Source of the DNA: Bacillota bacterium
GTDB lineage: Bacteria; Bacillota; Dethiobacteria; DTU022; PWGO01
NCBI GenBank assembly: GCA_012518215.1
Contig: JAAYSV010000024.1
Span: 2,340 to 66,339, forward strand
Direction of reading: 5' to 3'
DNA: 64,000 nucleotides
Shown: positions 13,311 to 23,616 of the stretch, in pieces
Layout of the letters: each line of letters opens with the position of its first letter
Numbering within the stretch: the stretch's first letter is position 1
The notes under the pieces: generated by a model
Told to the model about the DNA's origin: nothing
Seen by the model: the letters and a program-made list of their open reading frames with translations, nothing else
The model's database searches: none
Translations under genes and position numbers: made by a program

Positions 13311-13994
13311 TCAAAATCTGTATATATCAATAAAAGAGTCAAATCCAGCCCTGTTCAATTCCGCCTGACGGCGTTCGGCGTTTTTCCGCTCCATGAAAGA
13401 ACCGGCAATAACGCGATAGAATGTTTTTTTCTGCGGTGTTTTGTCCGCTTTGGGCAGACCGAGGGCCGTGGCTATCCCCCGGGCCATTCCGGCTGCCAGA
13501 GCCTTCTGAAATGCGGCATCTTTCAGCAGCCGTGCATCTTCCGCATTATCCACAAAACCATTTTCCACCAACATTGCCGCCATCTTTGTTTCTCGCAGGA
13601 GATAAAAGTTGGCTCTTTTTTTCCCCCGATCCGGTCGCCCCGCCCCTGTCCATACCCCGGCAACAAAGGGGTGAATCCTGTCCCGGGCAACGATAGTTTC
13701 CTGTGGAACCCTGCCCGAGTAGATAAAATCCTCGTAGCCGCTTCCACCACCGGCGTTGGAATGTAACGCCAGAAAAAAATCCGCTCCCCAGCGGTTGGCC
13801 ATCCCGGCCCTTTCCGCAAGCGAAAGACTCAAGTCGTTTTCCCTGGTAAGACGCACCTCGCAGATGTAATCTTCAACCAGCCTGGTTCTCAACAGAATTC
13901 CCAGTTGCAAATTGATAACCTTCTCCTCCAGATACCCCACTGCCCCGGGATCCTTCCCCCCATGTCCCGGATCCAAAACGATTTTCCTGGTCAT
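13311..13994 (-). CDS. N-acetylmuramoyl-L-alanine amidase (Amidase_3) with C-terminal SPOR domain
   Basis: LDPGHGG, ALHSNA and LVENGF zinc-amidase motifs; FYRVIAGSF..RKNAE SPOR domain. Confidence 0.9.
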   Translation of the reverse strand: MTRKIVLDPGHGGKDPGAVGYLEEKVINLQLGILLRTRLVEDYICEVRLTRENDLSLSLAERAGMANRWGADFFLALHSNAGGGSGYEDFIYSGRVPQETIVARDRIHPFVAGVWTGAGRPDRGKKRANFYLLRETKMAAMLVENGFVDNAEDARLLKDAAFQKALAAGMARGIATALGLPKADKTPQKKTFYRVIAGSFMERKNAERRQAELNRAGFDSFIDIYRF

Positions 13995-14221
13995 ATTTAT
14001 TCCCCTTTCCCTCTTTACTGATCAATACAAAATACCTCCGGCGCCTGCCTATTAATCATTAGATGCCTGAACCCTGAAAAAGGGGACAAATATTTGGGAT
14101 TTGACAGAAGAACTAGATATAAAAATAGTTTCCGGCGGGGAGTTTCCTTGACAGCAAAATCAACGAACAAGAAAGTACCGTGAAAAGACGAAAAATGCGG
14201 CCAGGGTGATAGCCATAAAAA

Positions 14222-14311
14222 TGGTGCCGGGGACCGGACTCGAACCGGTACAGGTATTGCATACCCGAGGGATTTTAAGTCCCTTGCGTCTGCCTGTTCC
14301 GCCACCCCGGC
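14222..14311 (-). tRNA. tRNA-Leu(TAA)
   Basis: Long variable arm, anticodon loop CTTAAAA, 3' CCA. Confidence 0.95.
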
Positions 14312-14319
14312 AAAAAAAA

Positions 14320-14393
14320 TGGAGGCGACACCCGGATTCGAACCGGGGATAAAGGATTTGCAGTCCTCTGCCTTACCGCTTGGCTATGTCGCC
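14320..14393 (-). tRNA. tRNA-Cys(GCA)
   Basis: GGCGACATAGCCAAG...CTGCAAA...GTTCGAATCC...CCA. Confidence 0.95.
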
Positions 14394-14400
14394 TGAAAAA

Positions 14401-14475
14401 TGGAGCGGAAGACGGGATTCGAACCCGCGACCCTCGCCTTGGCAAGGCGATGCTCTACCACTGAGCCACTTCCGC
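14401..14475 (-). tRNA. tRNA-Gly(GCC)
   Basis: GCGGAAGTGGCTCAG...TTGCCAA...GTTCGAATCC...CCA. Confidence 0.95.
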
Positions 14476-14488
14476 TTATATTATTGTA

Positions 14489-14564
<76 letters not shown>

Positions 14565-14567
14565 AGC

Positions 14568-14643
14568 TGGCGGAGCTGACGGGAATTGAACCCGCGATCT
14601 CCGGCTTGACAGGCCGGCATGTTAACCGCTACACCACAGCTCC
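14568..14643 (-). tRNA. tRNA-Asp(GTC)
   Basis: GGAGCTGTGGTGTAG...CTGTCAA...GTTCAATT...CCA. Confidence 0.95.
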
Positions 14644-14655
14644 GGACTCTAAAGG

Positions 14656-14684
14656 ATTATATCTGATAATGTAAATAAAGTCAA
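14656..14684 (-). promoter_or_regulatory. SigA promoter of the Asp-Phe-Gly-Cys-Leu tRNA operon
   Basis: TTGACT-17 bp-TATAAT just upstream of tRNA-Asp. Confidence 0.8.
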
Positions 14685-14824
14685 TCGGGACAGGGGCAAA
14701 TCTTTGATCGTGTCCACTGTATGCTCGCGGTGTATTTCGATACCCCCGGTTCCGGCTCCGTTCTGAAAATTGCCATGGGCCGCCACTGCAAACACCATGG
14801 AAGGCGATGCACACATCGTTCATT

Positions 14825-15478
14825 TTATTTTTTCAAATTACTGTTCTCCCTGCTATCGGCAGTGCTGTAATAAACCAGGCTCTGCAACTCATTGGTCAAA
14901 TCCACGTTATGCACGAATACGTTCTCCGGCACACTGATATTCAACGGCGCAAAATTCAATATGGCTTTTATTCCATACCCAACTACCAGATCAATTACCT
15001 CCTGGGCGACATCGACGGGAACGCTTATGATAGCCACTTTGACATCCCTTGTTTCTATGGTCTGTTCAATCTTTTCCATGGGTTGAATGCGGATACCAAC
15101 CACTGTCTGGCCAATTACTTCAGGGTCGTTGTCGAAGATACCTGCAATATCGATATAAGGGTTTTTTGTTATGATATATCTCGCAAAAGCAATTCCCAGA
15201 TGCCCGGCCCCGATCAAAACGGCATTTCTTACTTTTTCCAGACCGGTTATTTTCAACAATTTTTCCCTCAGATAGCCCGTTCTGTATCCTACTCCCCTCG
15301 TTCCAAAAGCGCCATAATAAGCCAGATCCTTTCTGATCTGTTCAGCGGAAAAACCGGTTTCCCGGCTCAGTTGATGCGAGGATATAATGGTAATATCCCG
15401 CTTTTTCAGGTCATCGAGGATACGCAAATAAATGGGTAGTCTTTTTATGATCCACTTTGGAGGCAACTGGCGAAGCAT
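14825..15478 (-). CDS. rex: Redox-sensing transcriptional repressor Rex
   Basis: RLPIYLR, QIRKDLAYYGAFGTRGVGY, IGAGHLG, ILNFAP; RBS AAGGGGG before ATG 15478. Confidence 0.95.
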   Translation of the reverse strand: MLRQLPPKWIIKRLPIYLRILDDLKKRDITIISSHQLSRETGFSAEQIRKDLAYYGAFGTRGVGYRTGYLREKLLKITGLEKVRNAVLIGAGHLGIAFARYIITKNPYIDIAGIFDNDPEVIGQTVVGIRIQPMEKIEQTIETRDVKVAIISVPVDVAQEVIDLVVGYGIKAILNFAPLNISVPENVFVHNVDLTNELQSLVYYSTADSRENSNLKK

Positions 15479-15676
15479 GGAATCCCCCCTTGACACCATT
15501 CTGGCTGTTATTTTAAATCAGAACAAAAACAGATATTTGTGTATAAATAATATCATCTTTTGTTTGCTTTTACAAATCATACAGAATGCCGGACGGGAAA
15601 ATGGAAATGATTTGAAAACTCGGGTACTTTCACCCCTATCCGGCGGTCCAACAACTGCTCACGGCAAATAGCATGA

Positions 15677-16267
15677 TCATAATTTCTGAATGGCAAACAA
15701 CCGGGGAGGATGGTTTTTTTGATTGATGATGGAATAATGCAAGACCTGATATTGCTTCTGGTCCAGATTCTCAAGCATCCCGGCCAGCTGCTCTCTTTCC
15801 TCCATGCCGCCGGGATGCCCGCTGTAGGACACTATGGTAATGATGCCACCCCTGTTGATCAATCGGAGTGATATATCAACTGCTTTCAATGTTGAGGCAG
15901 GTCTGGTAACCAGATTGTGATTGCCACCGGGGAGATATCCCAGGTTGAACATCACGGCATCAAGCCGTCCGGAGACATGTTTGTCCATATTTTCATGCCC
16001 ATCATTTATCAGCAACACGTGATCAGCAAGATTTTCATTGACCAGTTTGCTCCTGGTAATGTTCAGGGCTTCCCTCTGTATATCAAAAGCATAGACGCGG
16101 CCTTCCCTGCCCACTATTCTGGCCAGCAACAAGGTGTCATTTCCGTTGCCGGCGGTAGCATCGACGGCAGAACCCCCGGGGCCAAGTGTCGCCCCAACAA
16201 GATGTTTTGCAAATTCGATCGCCTTGAGGACAACCATGCCAGGATGCCATCCCTTTCCTTCTTCCAC
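15677..16267 (-). CDS. YtqB/MnmM-like class I SAM-dependent RNA methyltransferase
   Basis: VDATAGNGNDT, AFDIQ, FNLGYLPGG, YSGHPGG.EE. Confidence 0.85.
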   Translation of the reverse strand: MEEGKGWHPGMVVLKAIEFAKHLVGATLGPGGSAVDATAGNGNDTLLLARIVGREGRVYAFDIQREALNITRSKLVNENLADHVLLINDGHENMDKHVSGRLDAVMFNLGYLPGGNHNLVTRPASTLKAVDISLRLINRGGIITIVSYSGHPGGMEEREQLAGMLENLDQKQYQVLHYSIINQKNHPPRLFAIQKL

Positions 16268-16268
16268 A

Positions 16269-16553
16269 TCAATAATAGCATGACCCGTAGTTTATTATTT
16301 CCACCCGGCCGTCGGCTTCCGCGAACTTGATGATTTCTTGCAGCACTTTTTCTGCCCCGGCCCTGTCTGTTGCCGATGTGGCAACTTCTATTTCCGAAAT
16401 CTGCCACAGATCATGGCTGCCGATTTCATTCACGGTAGCATTGAATCTTTGCCTTACGCGCTGCAAAAGGCTCTTGACAATCCTTCGTTTGTCTTTCAGT
16501 GAAGTAGATTCTGCGATATAGATCTCCAGTCTGCAAACCCCGATCATGAACAT
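16269..16553 (-). CDS. DUF503 (YlxP-like) protein
   Basis: SLKDKRRIVKSL...FN pattern, 94 aa. Confidence 0.85.
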   Translation of the reverse strand: MFMIGVCRLEIYIAESTSLKDKRRIVKSLLQRVRQRFNATVNEIGSHDLWQISEIEVATSATDRAGAEKVLQEIIKFAEADGRVEIINYGSCYY

Positions 16554-16599
16554 CGTTCCCCATTTTTTTTGCTATAGCCAAAGAGTGGAAGATGATATT

Positions 16600-17061
16600 T
16601 CAATGAAGATGTGGACCGCCCTCATCGGAATCCTCAAAATCAAAAACGCCCTTTTCCTCTACCAGATCATCAATCGAGATCGTGTAAGCGGCAACTTTAT
16701 CGGTAATATAAATAGGGGACCCGACGGTCAGTGCCAACGCTATGGCATCACTTGGACGAGCATCGACAATTATCTCACTGTCGTCTTTGGTGAAATACAA
16801 TTCTGCAAAAAATGTATCATCTTTTATATCGTTAATAATTACTTTGCTTAAACTTGCCCCAAGATGGCTACAGATCGAACTCATAAGGTCGTGGGTCATG
16901 GGGCGGGGCAGCAAATTACCCTGCAGTTTCATAATTATTGCTTGCGCTTCCCAGAAACCAATTCCCACGGGCAGAACAATCGCCTCATCGAAATCTACCA
17001 GTAGTAGCAGAGGGCTATGCGACTGATCCAGAACAACCTCTTTCACCTTCACGGGAATCAT
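16600..17061 (-). CDS. Bifunctional nuclease family (DUF151) protein
   Basis: LPVGIG..EAQAI, PRPMTHDL, DARPSDAIALAL; RBS AAGGAG before ATG 17061. Confidence 0.9.
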   Translation of the reverse strand: MIPVKVKEVVLDQSHSPLLLLVDFDEAIVLPVGIGFWEAQAIIMKLQGNLLPRPMTHDLMSSICSHLGASLSKVIINDIKDDTFFAELYFTKDDSEIIVDARPSDAIALALTVGSPIYITDKVAAYTISIDDLVEEKGVFDFEDSDEGGPHLH

Positions 17062-17086
17062 ACCTGTCACTCCTTTACAAATGTTT

Positions 17087-18232
17087 TCAGAGATAGTTGG
17101 TGACAATATCGCTGATAAACTCATCCACAGATAGGCCTTTCCCCTTGACTTGCATGAGCAACACTTCTGCTCTTCTCCTCAGTAATGGATTTTCCCTGTC
17201 TCCGAGGCAGCGGAACACCCCCGTCCGACGCCCCAGGCGGAACAGCTCTCTTTCTTCTTCCGGGAGGGACATGTAAGCATCTATCGTATCTAGCATGGCC
17301 TTTTTACCCTCCGGAAACACCCCTTCGACTTCCTGCAAGAGGTTGAGGATATGATCACTGTGCAATTCACTGCTGATGCCTTCCAGTTTTTCCAGCAATA
17401 TTCTTTCTTCACGCAAAACCTGTTCATCCGCCAATGGGGTAAATGAACCATCCTGCAACGCTTCTATCAAGGGCGAAAAGGGGTGAACGGCCAGCGTGCG
17501 CAGCCTGATATAATCGGGATCAATCTGGTTCAACACTTCCGCTGTTTGCAGAGCATGATCCATCCAGTATTTTTCTCCCCCCAGGCCCAAAATAACATAT
17601 TCACTGAGAATCAACCCGGCTTCCCTGGCTTTCCGTCCTGCCTCCACATGTTCCTCGGCTGTTACCCCTTTTCTCATGAAGCTCAGGACCTCGTTGCAAC
17701 CCGACTCGAGCCCCACATGGACTCGTGTCAATCCGGCCTCCTTTATTGATTTCAATTCTTTCAGGCTTCTTTTCGCCAGAGACTTGGCGCGGGCATAGGT
17801 TGTTATCCTCGTGACACCTCTGATTTTTTCCTTGATATATGTAATTATCTCACCGAGAGTATCGCCATTGTACACCAGGTTATCGGCATCCTGCAGAAAC
17901 ACGGTTCCTTCTGCATTCAACAGCCAGTTGGCCACGGACAACAGTTCCGGCCGCTGATTGTAGATGGTGTTTACTCCCTTTGCTATACCTTGCCCCCCGC
18001 CGCCGCTATCTATTGACAGCAGTTCAGCAGCCTCTTCAACGTGTCTGGCTATGACATCAATATCTTTTTTTATATCCTCCATGGAACGTCGGCTGAATTT
18101 ATCGAATTTGTACACCGGGCAGAACAAACAGCGATTCCAGGGGCAATTGCGGCTTATACGGATCAACAAACTTCCTGCTTCGTTTGGCGGCCTTATCGGC
18201 CCCTGCTCGTAATCATGGGCATGATCAGACAT
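17087..18232 (-). CDS. Radical SAM protein
   Basis: CPWNRCLFC (CxxxCxxC), IRPP.EA, VGLESG. Confidence 0.9.
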   Translation of the reverse strand: MSDHAHDYEQGPIRPPNEAGSLLIRISRNCPWNRCLFCPVYKFDKFSRRSMEDIKKDIDVIARHVEEAAELLSIDSGGGGQGIAKGVNTIYNQRPELLSVANWLLNAEGTVFLQDADNLVYNGDTLGEIITYIKEKIRGVTRITTYARAKSLAKRSLKELKSIKEAGLTRVHVGLESGCNEVLSFMRKGVTAEEHVEAGRKAREAGLILSEYVILGLGGEKYWMDHALQTAEVLNQIDPDYIRLRTLAVHPFSPLIEALQDGSFTPLADEQVLREERILLEKLEGISSELHSDHILNLLQEVEGVFPEGKKAMLDTIDAYMSLPEEERELFRLGRRTGVFRCLGDRENPLLRRRAEVLLMQVKGKGLSVDEFISDIVTNYL

Positions 18233-18501
18233 TTCATCCTCCCGAAAATACTTCTACTAAAGTATAACTGATGGTCATCATATGCACAACAGCTATCGTT
18301 CATGTCAAGAACCGATGTTTCCCATTAAAATCATCGACCCGATGACCACCAACCCCATGTTGGCAAGGTTTGGGGTATTCGCAGCAGCCATGAAGGGTCA
18401 CCGATTGAATTGACCTCGAATGTTTAATATAAAAAGGATATTCAGCAAAATATAACGAAATATTAAGCCAGGATAATATTACAAGCAACCGAGGAGAACA
18501 T

Positions 18502-20286
18502 ATGCCGGAGAAACCTTACGTCATCAACCCCGACCATATCATTTTTGCGCTGGACATCGGAACCCGTACCGTGGTAGGGCTGGTCTGCTATCCCGAGGAA
18601 GACAACCTGCGCATACTGGGCATCGAGCTTCAGGAACATCCCGAAAGAGACATGCTCGATGGCCAGATACACAACATTGCGGGGGTAGCCGAAACCGCCA
18701 AACAGGTCAAAGAACGGCTGGAAAAGAAACTGCAGGTGGAATTGAACCGGGTTTCAGTTTCTGTCGCCGGAAGAACCTTGACCACATTGCAGAAAAAGGC
18801 CGGAAAAATCCTGCCCCCGGAGCACCGTATCCTTCCGGAAGAAATACTGAGCCTGGAGCTGGAAGCAGTCAAAAAAGCGCAGGATGATCTTTCCAACAAC
18901 AGCGTTGAATCGCCCCATTACTGCGTTGGATACACCACCGTTCAGTACCTTCTTGACGGCTACCCGATCTCGAACCTCGTTTCGCAAAAAGGTCAAAAGA
19001 TGGAAACGGATGTCCTGGCCACTTTTCTTCCCAATGCGGTCGTCGACAGCCTGCTCACGGTTATCGAAATGATCGGGCTCTCCTTGCACAGCCTTACCCT
19101 GGAACCCATTGCCGCCATGCATGCCCTTATCCCCCCCGAATACCGCCTTCTGAATATCGCCCTGCTGGACATCGGGGCCGGCACATCCGACATCGCCATC
19201 ACAAACGATGGTTCTATAATAGCTTACGCCATGGTACCCATGGCCGGTGATGAAATTACCGAAAAATTGTCCGCGCATTACCTGCTCGACTTTCAAAGCG
19301 CTGAAAAACTGAAACTTCAGGCATCCTCCCCCAAAGAACAGTATTCCTTCAGGGATATAATCGGCAACACCATCCGGGCCACCCATGAAGAAATTGTTCA
19401 GGTAATAGAACCGGTCGTGGATGAAATTACCGAACAGATATACAGGGCCGTTTTGAAATACAACAAAAAGGAACCGAGTGCCCTCTTCTGTATCGGCGGG
19501 GGCAGTAAAACACCCATGCTGCGTGAAAAATTTGCCGAAAAATTTGGTTTGCCCCGGGAAAGAGTTGCCATCCGGGATTTTGGATCCCTGAAAAATATTG
19601 TTTACAGCGGTGAAAAATTGAAAGGGCCGGAATGTATTACCCCGATGGGCATAGCCCTCTCGTCCCGGGGAAAAAAATATTTTGGTTTCTCGTATGTGAC
19701 CGTGAACGGCAAAGTTGTCCGCCTGCTGGAAACAGAGGCAACCTCCATCGGCAGGGTATTGATTGTCGCCGGTTACAGCCCCCGTTCCCTGATCGCCCTG
19801 CGCGGTGCATCGAAAACAATACTCGTCGGCGGCCGGGAGAAGATCTATCCGGGCAAACCCGGCAAAAATGCCATCATCAGATTGAATGGCGAACCGGCAA
19901 GCCTGGACGCCATCGTTCAGTCCAACGATGAAATCATGGTGGAGCCGGCTACCCCCGGAGAGGAAGCTGTCATCACCATGCAAGATGTCATCAATCACGA
20001 TCACTATTATGTTTTTGTCAAACAAAATAAAATTAAAATCAGACCCCACGTGACGGTCAATGGAGAACTCGCGGACAAACACCGGGAGTTGGCAGATGGT
20101 GATGTGATCGAGATTGAAGGCTTTGGCACGCTGGCCGATCTGAAAAACCGCATGGATGCAGGAATACCCACGCCAACCGAAGAAATAACGATAAACGGAA
20201 AACCGGCGAACGATAAATATCGTATCAAGCCGCTTGATCGTATTGACTGGAATCAACGGAAGACAACACCGCCGTCGCGACTGTAA
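18502..20286 (+). CDS. FtsA/PilM-like actin-fold ATPase with C-terminal ubiquitin/ThiS-like repeats
   Basis: ALDIGT, LTLEPIAA, LDIGAGTSDI, IGGGS; C-terminal VTVNG/RLNG/TING repeats. Confidence 0.8.
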   Translation: MPEKPYVINPDHIIFALDIGTRTVVGLVCYPEEDNLRILGIELQEHPERDMLDGQIHNIAGVAETAKQVKERLEKKLQVELNRVSVSVAGRTLTTLQKKAGKILPPEHRILPEEILSLELEAVKKAQDDLSNNSVESPHYCVGYTTVQYLLDGYPISNLVSQKGQKMETDVLATFLPNAVVDSLLTVIEMIGLSLHSLTLEPIAAMHALIPPEYRLLNIALLDIGAGTSDIAITNDGSIIAYAMVPMAGDEITEKLSAHYLLDFQSAEKLKLQASSPKEQYSFRDIIGNTIRATHEEIVQVIEPVVDEITEQIYRAVLKYNKKEPSALFCIGGGSKTPMLREKFAEKFGLPRERVAIRDFGSLKNIVYSGEKLKGPECITPMGIALSSRGKKYFGFSYVTVNGKVVRLLETEATSIGRVLIVAGYSPRSLIALRGASKTILVGGREKIYPGKPGKNAIIRLNGEPASLDAIVQSNDEIMVEPATPGEEAVITMQDVINHDHYYVFVKQNKIKIRPHVTVNGELADKHRELADGDVIEIEGFGTLADLKNRMDAGIPTPTEEITINGKPANDKYRIKPLDRIDWNQRKTTPPSRL

Positions 20287-20310
20287 ACAGTTTTTACCCG
20301 GAGAGGAAGG

Positions 20311-20691
20311 CTACTCCCCCTCCCCCTTGTCGGGTAGATAATGCTTTATTTTATCCCATAGCTCCTGTGGACGGAACGGCTTGGTCATGTACGACTCCGC
20401 CCCCAATTCCGCCACCCTTTGACGGTCCTCCATGCCCGTTCTGGCCGTAAGAACGATAATCGGAATATCTTTTGTTTCTTCATTGCTTTTCAAGGTGCGG
20501 CACACTTCAAAACCATCCACCTTGGGAAGCATCAAATCAAGCAAGATCAGATCAGGCTTCCGCTCGTTAACATAATCCAGGGCCTCCTCGCCATCTTCAA
20601 CCACGTGCACATCGTACCCCACTGCCTCCAGACAGGTACGAACACCCAGTATGATATTTTTCTCATCTTCCACCAACAGGATTTCACCCAT
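20311..20691 (-). CDS. Single-domain response regulator
   Basis: LLVEDE, LLDLMLP (phospho-Asp), LTA, TKPF. Confidence 0.92.
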   Translation of the reverse strand: MGEILLVEDEKNIILGVRTCLEAVGYDVHVVEDGEEALDYVNERKPDLILLDLMLPKVDGFEVCRTLKSNEETKDIPIIVLTARTGMEDRQRVAELGAESYMTKPFRPQELWDKIKHYLPDKGEGE

Positions 20692-20714
20692 ATCAATACC
20701 TCCAGTAAATTTGG

Positions 20715-21794
20715 TTACAGTTTTTCCTTCGCGCTCAAAGGCAATGAAAAAGTAAAGGTACTTCCCTGTCCTTCAACGCTTTCCACCCAGATACGCCCGC
20801 CATGAGCTTCCACGACCTCCTGGCAGATAGCAAGCCCGAGCCCCGATCCCCCGGCAGGAGCCTCGCCGTTTTTCACCTGAACGAATTTCTTGAAAATCTT
20901 TTTTTGGTAAAGCCTCGGTATTCCGCACCCGGTATCTATAACTGAAATAAACATACGGTTGCCCGATGGTTTTTTGGCTTTTATCTTTATATTACCCCCT
21001 TCCGGTGTGTAACGGAGAGCATTCCCGATCAAGTTTGTCAACAGCCATATTATTTTGTTGAAGTCCGCCTCGACAGGGGGCAACTGCGAAGGCAGGTCGG
21101 CTGTAATGGTGATTTTTTTTGCTTCCGCCTGTAAAGCCAGCAGACGTATCGCCTCCTCCACCAGTTCCCTCGGGTCCACCGCTTCCTTCTCTATGTTGAT
21201 ACGGCCGGACTCCATCCTGGAAAGTTCCAGCAGGTTGTTGACAAGGTTGTCGAGCCTGTCACAATCTTCCTCGATAGCCCCGACGATCTGCCGGCCCTTT
21301 TCGTTCAATTCCCCCAGCAGGCCTTCCTTCAACATGCCTACCCCGATGGCAATTGAAGCAAGCGGCGTCCTGAATTCATGCGACACGATACTCACAAAAT
21401 TGGCTTTGATTTTTTCCAGCTCGCCAAACCTGGACACATCGGACAGCAGAACCAGAGCACCGGACAGTTTCCCATTTTCAAAGACCGGATTCACGCTTAT
21501 TTTGAAGAAATATTCGATGTTGCGGTCCTCCAACCTTATTGTAGCCGTCTCGTACGAGCTTCCGGAAGGTTCCCCGCTTATCAAAACTTCTTCAACAAGA
21601 TTCGCTATCTTGTAAATTTTGATAGCCTCGTTGAATTTTGTTCCCTGAACCTCGGTCCGTGAAAGATGAAAGACTTTCTCGGCTTTCCGGTTGAGCCATT
21701 CAATACAACCTTTACTGTCGGTCAAAATCAACGGATCCGGTAGAATATCCAGTATTGCTTTTCCGTGAATATCGTCTTTGCTTTCGTTTAACAT
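20715..21794 (-). CDS. PAS-domain cytoplasmic sensor histidine kinase
   Basis: SHEFRTPL H-box, NLIGNA, DTGCGI, GSGLGL. Confidence 0.92.
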   Translation of the reverse strand: MLNESKDDIHGKAILDILPDPLILTDSKGCIEWLNRKAEKVFHLSRTEVQGTKFNEAIKIYKIANLVEEVLISGEPSGSSYETATIRLEDRNIEYFFKISVNPVFENGKLSGALVLLSDVSRFGELEKIKANFVSIVSHEFRTPLASIAIGVGMLKEGLLGELNEKGRQIVGAIEEDCDRLDNLVNNLLELSRMESGRINIEKEAVDPRELVEEAIRLLALQAEAKKITITADLPSQLPPVEADFNKIIWLLTNLIGNALRYTPEGGNIKIKAKKPSGNRMFISVIDTGCGIPRLYQKKIFKKFVQVKNGEAPAGGSGLGLAICQEVVEAHGGRIWVESVEGQGSTFTFSLPLSAKEKL

Positions 21795-21901
21795 TCAAAC
21801 CGCCCCTTTTTATCGACAAGAAAGAGCAAATAAATTATGATTTTCTCCCCGCCTGCCTCTGCCTTCAAGAAAAAAACAGAAAGGCTCCCGTCTGGCCGGG
21901 A

Positions 21902-22543
21902 TCAGAACCCCAGCTCTTCCCCGACCAACACTACCTTCAAATTCGTATGCAGGGGTTTCCCTTCAATGATGGTCACCACGTTGCAAATACGCAGATCATG
22001 GTTGCAATCGGTGCATCTCCCCAGGCGGGCACAGGGAAGGTCCAGATTCAACCTGCGGGCATTCAACGGAGAAACTACATTTTTTATCCTGTCAAGTGCA
22101 GAATCAAGATCGGGGACGATCTTGTTGATTCCGGCCACAACAAACACCGTTTCCGGGCCAAAGGCCATGGCCGAGACCCGATTCCCGATACCATCAATAT
22201 TGACCAGCCGCCCATCTTCGGTCAATGCGTTCGTTCCCGTGAGAAAAAATCTGGCCCGTGATGCCCTTCTTCTTACAATTTCGGCCTCTTCCGCCGGGCA
22301 GTTCCAGTGCCAGAGGACATCGCATCTTTTGTGCCGCAACCCATCGATGAGACCGATCTCCTGTATGCTCACGGACCCTCCTACACCCACGGTCTCACCA
22401 TCGGGAATGGCTCTGAGGATCTCTTCCCGCGCCCCCTGTTTGTTTTCCGTAAAACAAACATCAATTCTTCTTCTCTTCAAAGATTCGATCACATCTGCAA
22501 CAACCATATCGGAGAAAACCCGGACCCGTCGGTTCCCGTTCAA
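21902..22543 (-). CDS. Lactate utilization (LUD/YkgG) domain protein
   Basis: GVGGS, TNALTEDGRLVNIDGIGNRV, C-terminal Cys cluster, EELGF. Confidence 0.85.
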   Translation of the reverse strand: MNGNRRVRVFSDMVVADVIESLKRRRIDVCFTENKQGAREEILRAIPDGETVGVGGSVSIQEIGLIDGLRHKRCDVLWHWNCPAEEAEIVRRRASRARFFLTGTNALTEDGRLVNIDGIGNRVSAMAFGPETVFVVAGINKIVPDLDSALDRIKNVVSPLNARRLNLDLPCARLGRCTDCNHDLRICNVVTIIEGKPLHTNLKVVLVGEELGF

Positions 22544-23616
22544 GGCCTGGCCTTGTTGTTCCTTTCATTATCCACTAGAAATTCGAACTGATCGTTGTCG
22601 ATGATCTTTTTCTCCAGGAACAGGTCGGGCTTCAACTCACACCCCTCTCCCACAATGCAATCCATGAGCTGGCTCCCATGGCCAACACTCACATTTTCCC
22701 AGAAGATGCCTCTTTTGATGATCACATCCTCGTTGATCGTGGTCTTCTTGCCAAGAGTTACCGGTCCGTATATCTGGGCCCCCTTGCCGATAAAACAGTC
22801 ATCTCCAATAACAACAGGGCCAACAATCACCGTTTCGGGATGGATAACCGGCCTTTCGCCAATCCATATATTCGATTCAAAGCGCTTGCCCGGTATATCG
22901 ACCTCCACCAACCCGGTCAACATATCATAATGAGCTTCCCGGTAAACTTCCAGAGTACCTATATCACACCAGTAATTCCTCATCGCGTAACCGGCGATCT
23001 TTTCGCCTTTTCCCAGAAGCTCGGGAAAAACATTGACACCAAAATCAAAAAATTGATCTTCAGGTATGTATGAAAATATCTCGTTTTCGAAGAGGTATAT
23101 CCCCGTGTTGGCCAGGGTGCTGATCGCCTCTTTCAACGTCGGTTTCTCCTGAAATTGTGTAATATAACCTTCGCTGTCCCTCGTAACCACCCCGTAGTAT
23201 GTGGGGTCCGGCACTTTTTTCAGTGCAAGGGTAGCTATTCCCCCATGAGATCGATGATATTCGTGAAACAAATCAAGATTGATATCGGTAAGAGCATCCC
23301 CGCTGACTACCAGGAAGGAATCTTCCCCGAAATAACTTTCAACATTCTTGACTCCGCCTGCAGTACCCAGAAGCTCCTCCTCGTATGAATAGGTAATATT
23401 GACCCCGAAAGGCTCCCCCCCGGCAAAATGCTGGCGTATCGGTTTGGGCATGTAGTGGAGATTGATAATTATGTCGGTAATGCCATATCTTCTCAGCAAC
23501 CTGATCGTATGCTCGAGGCAAGGCCTGCCGGCAAGCTGCACCATGGGCTTTGATACCAGATTGGTCAACGGCCGTAGGCGGGTTCCCAGCCCCGCTGCCA
23601 GAATCATCGCTTTCAT
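22540..23616 (-). CDS. NDP-sugar pyrophosphorylase (mannose-1-phosphate guanylyltransferase-like) with hexapeptide repeats
   Basis: MKAMILAAGLGTRLRPLT, LLGTAGG, FQEKP, YWCDIGT. Confidence 0.9.
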   Translation of the reverse strand: MKAMILAAGLGTRLRPLTNLVSKPMVQLAGRPCLEHTIRLLRRYGITDIIINLHYMPKPIRQHFAGGEPFGVNITYSYEEELLGTAGGVKNVESYFGEDSFLVVSGDALTDINLDLFHEYHRSHGGIATLALKKVPDPTYYGVVTRDSEGYITQFQEKPTLKEAISTLANTGIYLFENEIFSYIPEDQFFDFGVNVFPELLGKGEKIAGYAMRNYWCDIGTLEVYREAHYDMLTGLVEVDIPGKRFESNIWIGERPVIHPETVIVGPVVIGDDCFIGKGAQIYGPVTLGKKTTINEDVIIKRGIFWENVSVGHGSQLMDCIVGEGCELKPDLFLEKKIIDNDQFEFLVDNERNNKARP

